Below, piece by piece: positions 12,003 to 20,000 of a stretch of 20,000 nt of DNA. Positions within the stretch are counted from its first letter, which is position 1; each line of letters opens with the position of its first letter. The notes below the pieces were generated by a model. It worked only from the letters and a program-made list of their open reading frames with translations, searched no databases and had not been told where the DNA came from. The translations under genes were made by a program, and so were the position numbers. Origin of the DNA: Spongospora subterranea f. sp. subterranea (Eukaryota); the NCBI GenBank assembly GCA_049724395.1, contig JAUGWO010000101.1, forward strand, positions 53,701 through 73,700, in the 5' to 3' direction.

Positions 12003-12651
12003 TTACTTGTTCTCGACGATTCGCTGACGAAAATCGGTGATCTGAACGGGAGTTTGAGCAGCTTCATCGTAATCATAGAAGTCGTCGGTCAAGTCGATGT
12101 CCTGATAGAATGACGATTCGGCGGATCCATTGGCGCTGATCGACGATGAATCGGGAATCCATTCCATCAGCGCGATCCCGCGACATTCGAATGAACCAAT
12201 GAGGGTGTAATTTCCTATCGATCAGCGAATCAGAGTTCAATGTGATTACGGATTATGAATGTTGATCGACCCGATTGTTCGGCCGAATAATGAACTGTGT
12301 CACAGCCGGAGACGATCTTGACGATTATTCACTCGCTCACACATCTTACATTTAATAACAGCATGAGCTTCTCCTCGACCTCCAGGAACCCCAATCATTT
12401 CCTAAAACACTGTACTCAGACCATCTCACCGATCATTATAAATGTTAAATAACACGATCATATTGATATATATATTGTCTATGGGGTGTCTGTCTGTCAA
12501 TCTCTCCCCCAAATACCTCAAACTCCATTAATATATCGCTAATGGCGGTGCTGCAGTTCATACAGCGACCAGAGAAGTGCCACCGACTCCGGTCGAGGTG
12601 AACGCGGCTGATCCCCTCCAGTTCCATAGACACCTCCAGCCCATAGATCAT
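12003..12651 (-). CDS. CZIB: CXXC-motif zinc-binding protein (CZIB/C1orf123, DUF866), 3 exons: 12651-12517, 12401-12271, 12214-12003; apparent 1-nt frameshift in exon 2
   Basis: MIYGLEVSMELEGI...WHFSGRCMNC | VPGGRGEAHAVIKCKMCERVN (shift) VKIVSGCDTVHYSAEQSG | NYTLIGSFECRGIALMEW...DIDLTDDFYDYDEAAQTPV. Two CxxC pairs plus the family motifs GGRG, ECRG and DYDE. Confidence 0.88.
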
Positions 12652-12724
12652 CGCCTCCCTCTCTCGGCGCCGCGATTGGTTGAGAATGAGATGACCGGCA
12701 CCACGGGACACCGGAGGGACATGG

Positions 12725-12790
12725 ACCGCCACCGCGACCGCGACCGCGACCGCCACCGCCACCGCCACCGCCACCGCCACCGCCACCGCC
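12725..12790. repeat. Hexanucleotide microsatellite (ACCGCC/ACCGCG) x11
   Basis: accgcc, then (accgcg)3, then (accgcc)7. Confidence 0.97.
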
Positions 12791-13030
12791 ATTCATCACA
12801 TCATGCGACACCGATCGACCATATTTATCGACAACAGCCCTTTATTGCCAACAACGACTTGTTCCTCTCTTTTTAGCCCATGGCACTGATGTCATCTCCT
12901 GGGTTTGCTCCGTTTGACGCTATCCCGCTGCAGTTTATTGTCATGAACCAGTTCAATATGATTGGTAAACCTAACACGACAACACCCTCTCCTTTAGTGT
13001 ATTGATCATTGAATCATTTCATTATGTAAT

Positions 13031-13830
13031 TCACGTTGTACGTCCTACGGTCTTGAAAGCGCTTCGTTTGAGATTACGTTGGGGACAAATCTCGAAAGTG
13101 GCGCGAAGATGTCGAGCGTGAGTGAGCACATCGGGTCTACAGATATCCCTTTCGTTTAACCAAATTACCTGTAGCGACCGATAAAGCAGACCATCGAACG
13201 CGCTGGAAATGGGGAACACGATTGAGGTCACCCTGGATCAGGCGATCCGACACGAGAACACGCGTCTGAAAAGGGACGTCGATATCACCGGTCATTTGGA
13301 GCTGCCAATAACCCTTGTTGAGATCAAGAGTAAATAAGATTTCGGCGCCCTGAATATGGGAAGAGAACATGGCCTGGATAGGGCATCGAAAAGAAATACG
13401 GTTTGGACAAAGATTCCATTGACATGGGTCGATCACCATCACCAACATATTTCCATACTGATCGACGACAAATGGCGTGTGGAGGAGAAAAGGGAATCGG
13501 GCGGATGTATTGAAAAGTCGCTAGGCCACGACAGAAACGGATGAGATAGTCTTTGGGTATCGAGATGACAAGTTACGTCCGCGATCATGGAAATATTGAG
13601 TATCTGGTTTCAAACGCATTGCCAATGGGGAGTGAGGCAGATAGATGACCGGGGGTGGACCAGGGCAGAGTTTGATTCGAAATACATAGCAATACTCGTA
13701 AAGCAGATTGGAATGCCGGTCGGAGGAATACGGGCGGTGCATCGGCCGCACGACCGTCATGAATCTCGGGGCGGCCAGCGGATCTGGCAGGGCTGTCGTT
13801 AAAAGACCCAGGGACGGATTATCGTCAATT
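13031..13830 (-). pseudogene. Degenerate Ty3/gypsy reverse transcriptase fragment
   Basis: LLYEYCYVF...PGPPP...MRLKPD...VMVIDPCQWN...GAEILFTLDLNKGYWQLQM...PFQT...PHFQR...HARHLRATFEICPQRNLK follows the gypsy RT motif order. Stops and frameshifts are present and the YxDD motif is lost. Confidence 0.8.
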
Positions 13831-13974
13831 TCAAAATTTGTCCTAATTCAGATCAAATCCATGATGATATTATATACGGCCGATGCCCTTTGACTGGGTA
13901 TATCAACAACAACTACCGCCGGTGTAGATGGCGAAATATTCACCTTCGTCGATTGATTGAAACTAATGTAGTAA

Positions 13975-14058
13975 TGTTCTCTAATGGACACAACGAGCCA
14001 TTCCTTCTGTCCAACTGTTCTCTAATGGACACAACGAGCCATTCCTTCTGTCCAACTG
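13975..14058 (+). repeat. Perfect 41-bp tandem duplication at the approximate 5' boundary of the LINE
   Basis: tgttctctaatggacacaacgagccattccttctgtccaac at 13975-14015 and 14016-14056. Confidence 0.97.
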
Positions 14059-14904
14059 ATGGATGACAACGAGGGGGTCAACAAAACTAACGAGCAAGAG
14101 AGCGTGAACCTTCGCCGATCAGAAACCCACCGATCAACAGGGATAGAGCCTGAACACCCAGTTCAGGCGCAGAAACAGAGCGAACTACTAAACTGCAATC
14201 ATCGGTGCTGCAAACAAAACGGAACAGATCGGAACGATACTGCCACAATTGTTTGAGGAAGTACAATGGATGAAACAAGACTACTCAAATGTAACGCAAC
14301 TGAAATCAGGATCAGTGGTATTAAAAGCATTGAAAATAGGTAAAAACAATGGCAAAACACAGATACAAACTAGTCAGGCTTTCAACGCAATGAATGCTCA
14401 GGTCAATGCATGGCCATTGAGGATTTTGTGGCAAATCACGGATACACCCTGCGACCAACAAAAGACGAACTGGTGGACACACACCACACAGCTATGATCA
14501 AGAAGTTACCTGCCTTCATGGTGGACAATGGAATGGCAATCCGCGGGTGGAAAGGAACCAAACCGGCACACTTACAGAGCATCGGAGGCGAAACCGTCAA
14601 AGCGATTTTCCAAACTGAAATAGCAGTACAGGCATTACTAAAAAAAGGAAAAGCGACAATCTTTTCGCAAGAGTATGAAGTCTAATGTTGCAAAACGAAA
14701 CAGAGTAAAATCTGTCAAACCTGTCAACTGCTGCAATGTGACAAGAAAATCGCATGCGGTAATTTTAGATGCGCAATATGTGGTCAAAAAGACCACCAAC
14801 CTGAGATTTGTCCTGAAAAGGACGAACTCGACAAAGCAAAGCACCTGTGTGCAACATGCAAGGAGAAAGGGCATCGTGCCAAATATTGCCCATACATGCA
14901 ATAA
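14059..14904 (+). pseudogene. LINE ORF1 (gag-like) with CCHC zinc knuckles
   Basis: Reading through the TAA at 14683-14685 gives CQTC..., then CAICGQKDHQPEIC (14770-14811) and CATCKEKGHRAKYC (14848-14889), both CX2CX4HX4C. Confidence 0.8.
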
Positions 14905-15244
14905 AGATACAAATAAAAAAACAACAATCCAAACACAGAACACACAACAGACAAAGGGGAAAAAGAAATACTAGACTACAAGGAACAATGGACAATGACA
15001 TCACTCTCAGGAATCTGGGCACAAAACTCATTAAACAACGGAGCAACTGTAGTAAATAGGAGTAGCATGAAACAGACACATCAAACATACACTAGAGGGT
15101 GGAAAATCAAGAGGAAGAAGTCACCCAATACCAGTCATTTGTGGATTCTCAGTGAAAACAAAACAATGGACCACACACCACCATTCAGAGGCGGAAACAG
15201 CAAAGGGTTACACCAATCGTGCATGATAGAGATAGCGGATACGA

Positions 15245-15722
15245 AATACGTATTTAGAGATGTTATCGGAGTAGGAAATTGCGCTTTCGAAGCGATCAGT
15301 GCAACAGGAGAAATCCCCAACATGACAGTACAAGATCAACGAAGTGAAATATGTGAATTCGCCAGAAATCCAGAACAGGGAAGAGCCATTGCCGAGAAAC
15401 TGAAACCCTATATAGGATCGCTGCCGAATCACGATAACATCGGACTGGACGAATATCTGAATCAAATGAGTATAGATAGACAATGGGGTGGGCTTTTCGA
15501 GCTCACAATCGCTGCTTACAAATTCAAAATGAACATAATAGTGATAAGTCAGTCAAGTCCACTGCTCATAACTGATATTCAGAAAATGATAGAGAGCATA
15601 CTACCAAAAATACGCGATAATAACACCATGGACCAAAACAATATACCTGCTACACCACATGCATGGGAACCCAGCAACACCAATGAGATATGAACACTTG
15701 AACCATTATGGGACCTTATTTC
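15245..15722 (+). pseudogene. OTU-family cysteine protease (deubiquitinase-like) domain within the LINE
   Basis: DVIGVGNCAFEAIS (Cys 15280-15282), EYLNQMSIDRQWGGLFELTIAA...IIVIS, and after a frameshift near 15640 IYLLHH...LNHYGTL (His 15704-15706). Confidence 0.85.
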
Positions 15723-16269
15723 CGATAGATACAAACATTTGCGAGTTGAATAATAGAATTATGACAGCACAGGATCAATATAATCAATTTATTAAACAGT
15801 ACTACAAAATAGCAAGAAAACCAAACAAAGCAGTAGATCAAACAGCTAGAAATGACCATTCCAAACAAGAAATAAATGCAAAACAAACTACAGGCAACAT
15901 GGCATGTCACGAGATTATCATACAGCCAAAAAGAAACGGAGCACACGAAGAAACTAATGACCAACACACACAAAAGTCCAAACATGAAAGACATAAAGCA
16001 CACACTAAACAGAAATGCACAAAAAAACGATCATGGCTAACGATAATAGTGACAATGAAAAGCAGAAAAAGAGATGTATTACCAGTTCAGATAGACAGAG
16101 CAACGAAGTCTCAAGCTATGAATGCTTAGAGCGAAAACAGTTACAAAATAAAGACCAGCCAGCACGATGAATTGAGTCACTATGAAATCACAAAAATGAT
16201 CGAACAAATTTTGGAAGTAGATAACAAAAAAGCAGAGTTTGCAGACGATAAAACCAGTGGAAATACAGA

Positions 16270-18420
16270 ACTATCAACTAATGAACAGGCAATCACCAAG
16301 AAGCTTGAACAAAACAGCATTTCAGACAAAAGCACAATGGTATGGTATGGAATACAAAGGTTCGCGGGTTCTTATGGGTCGGGTAATCCTGTGTACTACC
16401 AGGTTTTCCCTACTTCCGCCTGGCCGCTACAAGTAGCTTGGGTAGCCAATGAAGGAACCTATTAGACCAGCTGGGTTCAACAACATAACCTGTCCTACGA
16501 CCATACCGAATGGGACCTGCCCCCACCTGATTACATTGCCTATCCAGAGGTTCGAGTTTACTGCCAGCAGCTCACTCTTTCCACATTCATTATGGCCATG
16601 TGGTCAGACCCAGTAAAGATTAGACATATCTAGATAAAGCAGCCTGCTTTTTCAGCTTTTCGCAAAATTTTCGTCATTTCCTTCTGATGGCTCCAGATTG
16701 CTGTGGTGAAAGTAGTTGCCGGTAGTGTCTTGTAAAGTCGTCTGCATTTCTTGAGTCGGTTTTTGAATACTTCGCATTGTAACACCTGATGTTCGATTGT
16801 TTCGGGATGTTTGTCGCAGTGTCTGCACTTGTTCGTGTCTTCCATTCCAATGTTGCTGAGGTGCTGTCCTCATCTGCTATGTCCAGTTCGCGCTCTGTTA
16901 ATTAGCATGTGTGGTGAGGGTTCACCTGGTAGTTTGGGAAACAGGTAGTTTTGGAAGTGGCTGCGTTTGACGTTCGCCTTCGTTCCCATACCAAATAGTC
17001 TCATCAAACAGTTGTGCAAAAATGATACTCTAATCAAATGCGCATTGCTGAATGCAATCAATGCAGATGTTATCGATCTAGGATTCCTCCCACAAGAAAT
17101 GAAAATTGCTAAAATAAGACCATTACCAAAAGCCAAACCAAGTGAATATCGACCAATATCACTACAGTACTGCCAAACGTAGCCAAGTTGGTAGAGGGGT
17201 TTATAGAGAACAAGATAAGACAACAAGCGGAAAAACACATACGAGACAATCAACTCGGATGCAGACCCGCACATAGCACAACCCATGCATTGCTAAGATT
17301 GCTTCATAACGCAGGACTAGAGGCAGCTAAAGAACAGCAATTCGCGTTGATTGTATATGACTTTATGAAGGCGTTTGACCGAGTACAGAGAACGTTATTA
17401 GTACAAAAGATGAGAAATATGAGAATAGATCCATACCTAATATAACTCATTGATCAATGTCGGTTGACCAAAAGAATCTTTTACGTATGTCACAGAAAAA
17501 ACAGCACCACAGAACCCCACTATCAGAACAATGGAATCCCTCAAGGATCCAGTATTAGCGTATTACTATGGATCATTTATATGATCAGCTTGGATGCGCC
17601 TATAGAGGACCAGCAACAGCAATGTATATGTGGATGATACCACACAGTGGGCAGCAGGTGCGAACAAAACAGGAAGTACAAAACCAAGGCGTTGTGGTGT
17701 TCCGGTACACAGAATTTCCCCCGTGGCCAAAGCTACAAGAATGGTGCACATTGCAAATTCGTCGCATTAATGGGTATTACAACCTGGCACCAAAATGAAA
17801 CACAACACAAAAAAAAGTATTATATGATGCGCCGAAACCAGCACTGCGCATATGTGGAGATACCAAACAGTAACTGTCAAACAAGTACAAAAATCAAAAC
17901 AGCGCAGACACAATTGCAAACCGCATTAAAATTCAATGGATGACACACCAAAAACAAGTCCCTCTGAACAGCAAAAATGTCAAATAAACAAAAATCACCA
18001 CTCAAGCTATTTAAAATCTGACCTCAAATGAAGTCACCAGCAAAAGATATTTACAACAAGATGTAAATTGATGAGAGGACTGAGAAAATATCGAATCCCC
18101 TACTCAACTTCTCAAAAAATATGTCAAGGTTTTATAGGTGGAAAACTGAATTACTATCTCCCATGGTTGGCAGCGGAGATCCATCAAACCATGAAAAACA
18201 CTCTACATCCAATAGAAATTGCATACAGAGACTATATGAGAACGTATACAGGATGTTTCCCCTCAACACCAATCCCATTACTTCATGCAATATCAGGTTT
18301 CCCATTATTAAAAGATAGGATAATTACAGAGACAACAATGACAGTGATGTCTGCTCAGGCTAATGACACATTATTAGGCAGAGAATACACTGAATGGAAT
18401 GGAGAAGGATGGATGGACCC
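16270..18420 (+). pseudogene. Non-LTR reverse transcriptase, frameshifted and interrupted by a nested insertion at 16359-16987
   Basis: KSTMVWYGI|PNSLIK, KIAKIRPLPK...YRPISL, NQLGCRPAHST, YDFMKAFDRV, NGIPQGS, NVYVDDT (YVDD 17627-17638), KLQEWC, KLNYYLPW, STPIPLLHA. Confidence 0.93.
16359..16987 (-). mobile_element. Nested 5'-truncated non-LTR element (3' end of a related family) in antisense orientation
   Basis: LINRARTGHS...CRHCDKHPETIEHQVLQC...AGCFI* (stop at 16630) parallels 19124-19546. Flanked by ATAC-AAA (16352-16358) and ATACCAAA (16988-16995). Confidence 0.9.
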
Positions 18421-18601
18421 CTCTAGGAGAAGTCTGGAAAGCGCTCAAAGAAAGAGTGCCTGACACATATGAGGCAGTTCATACTAAAACTGCAATAGCA
18501 GCACCAATCCTGGAAGGATTATATAAGGTCAAATACCACGCCCCAACAGAAAAAAGGCAATTAAAAAGCACAAAAAAGGAAAACTACTACCGAAAAACCC
18601 T

Positions 18602-19075
18602 GATATAGAATTATGGACAGATGGAAGTTTTAACAAGGATAAAGGAGGAGGAGCAGTAGCTCTTTTAATTGATTATACGAAAAGAGATGAGAACGATGAG
18701 CCTAGTGAAATGGTAACTGGTGTTAAACTAGGAATAGAAGTGACATCATCATATGAAGGTGAGATAATTGCACTGAATAGTGGACTGGATATAGCAATAG
18801 AACAGGACTATAAAGAAATAAAGATCCATATAATGACTGATTCATTATCGTGGATGAGTCAACTAAAATCACTACCGATAAAGCCAAAGAGAGTAAACGC
18901 TATTGTAGCGGAGTGTGCCGCCAAAATAGCACAGTTAACACAAGATAATACGGTGGATATACACTTTATTCCGAGTCATGTGTGAAAAAAGTGACAATAG
19001 TGGCGAAGAAACGAAAATCACCATAGGACACAGCACTGAGATAGACGAGTTAGCAAAACAAGCTGCAAACAAGCT
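18602..19075 (+). pseudogene. LINE RNase H domain
   Basis: IELWTDGS (TDGS 18617-18628), SSYEGEIIAL, IMTDSLS, HFIPSHV, EIDELAK. All four acidic catalytic positions are recognisable. Confidence 0.93.
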
Positions 19076-19123
19076 GCAAACGGCGATGAGATACAGCATG
19101 ATCCTTTTATATCATCATTCAAA

Positions 19124-19546
19124 TTGCACCTCAGGAAAAAAGAACAAGAAAATCTTCATGATTACATCAAAGAAAACGTAAACACTAGCAAATTCAAAGG
19201 ATACCCAAACAGAGACAAATTTAAAAGTAAAATGACGTTAAACGAAAGGAAGCTTGAACCAGTGACCCCGCTCCTAAACCGAGCGCGAACAGGACATGCA
19301 AGCACACGGCAACACCTGAAAAATCTAAATATGGAAGAGAGCAGTATATGCAGGCATTGCAATACGGAGGAAGAGACAATTGAACACCAAGTACTGAACT
19401 GCAAGGCACTGAAAGGAAAATTACACAAAGTCAGGACAGCATATCACCTACTCCAAACAGAGTCATTCGAAAACGCTCTATGGGAATACCCCCAGGAAAT
19501 GAATAGATTGCTAGTAAAAGCAATGAAAAAGCGGTGTTTCATCTAA
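19124..19546 (+). pseudogene. LINE ORF2 C-terminus with CCHC zinc finger
   Basis: LLNRARTGH...CRHCNTEEETIEHQVLNC...KRCFI*. Confidence 0.9.
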
Positions 19547-20000
19547 AAGCAATGAAACCGATAAACCCGCAAACACGTATAGACATGTTTAAGACATACA
19601 GAGGAGGATGCCTCTCTAAATAATATCCGACGAGGAGTAAAACCTCTATTAAAAAATCAGCTGCCTAGTCATGAAGCGACTTGGTGTGGTACAAGAGGTG
19701 TTCCGTAGGGAATTTTTAGTGTCCCGGAGACAGAGTGCTCTGGGTACGTTTTTTAGTTGAGACGGAAGATGCGATTGCAATTCTAACCTCACACTACCTC
19801 TTGTATCGACCAGACTGCTGAACTACCGGCGAAGGCCTCTATTGCGAGTGCGAGCTTGTTACTGGGAAGAGCTTTTGTGACAATGTATCGGTATGCTCAA
19901 TTGCTGATAAATCAGCTGTGTTGATTCCAGTGTTTTACAGAACTTTTGACGGTTAAGTAAAGCCACCAATGTCTCCTAAAGGAAAAACCAGGTTTTCCCA

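Larger units (their letters stand above)
13975..19656 (+). mobile_element. Decayed non-LTR retrotransposon (I/Tad1/R1/Ingi-like layout): ORF1 with CCHC knuckles, OTU, RT, RNase H, C-terminal CCHC; boundaries approximate
   Basis: Strongly A-rich plus strand, domain motifs in collinear order (see sub-features), stop at 19546, short 3' UTR ending ATTAAAAAA near 19656. Many stops and frameshifts. No flanking target-site duplication found. Confidence 0.88.

Noticed and set aside
12445..12876. Poly-AV, poly-G and poly-RH ORFs
   Set aside because: They are translations of the hexamer microsatellite. The CZIB homology starts at 12651.
14683..14913. TAA reassignment (alternative genetic code) suggested by in-frame TAA in transposon ORFs
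   Set aside because: Host genes in the window end at TAA, TAG and TGA at the expected positions, and the transposons also carry frameshifts, so ordinary decay explains it.
17688..18050. Second insertion inside the RT
   Set aside because: RT-like residues (KLQEWC, LRICG) persist and the length is about what the RT needs. It looks like heavily degraded sequence with no clear termini.
19657..20000. Gene or fold-back element after the LINE (tacaagaggt/acctcttgta inverted 10-mer; GT-AG-like signals)
   Set aside because: Trial splicing runs into stops, the inverted match is short, and the window ends before it can be evaluated.

Overview
Eukaryotic genomic DNA from a compact-intron organism: nearly all inferred GT-AG introns are 46-60 nt and the standard code applies. 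A flagellated protist, for example a phytomyxid-like one, is my inference only. Host genes I can reconstruct: dephospho-CoA kinase (-), a secreted Gly/Tyr-rich protein (+), a multi-IQ C11orf65/MFI-like gene (-), an NDR/STK38 kinase apparently lacking its N-terminal regulatory region (+), and a CZIB/DUF866 gene with a 1-nt frameshift (-). Two transposon-rich blocks interrupt them. Block 1 (1.9-4.5 kb) has a 10 x 79-bp tandem array running into a rearranged PIF/Harbinger transposase remnant, a 175-bp MITE and a Ty3/gypsy gag relic. Block 2 (13.0-19.7 kb) has a gypsy RT relic and a ~5.7-kb decayed non-LTR retrotransposon with the order CCHC ORF1 - OTU cysteine protease - RT - RNase H - CCHC finger. 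That element has no recognisable endonuclease and carries a nested antisense insertion of a related element. The OTU-carrying LINE is the best candidate for an undescribed system. All calls come from manual translation and motif recognition; no searches were run.
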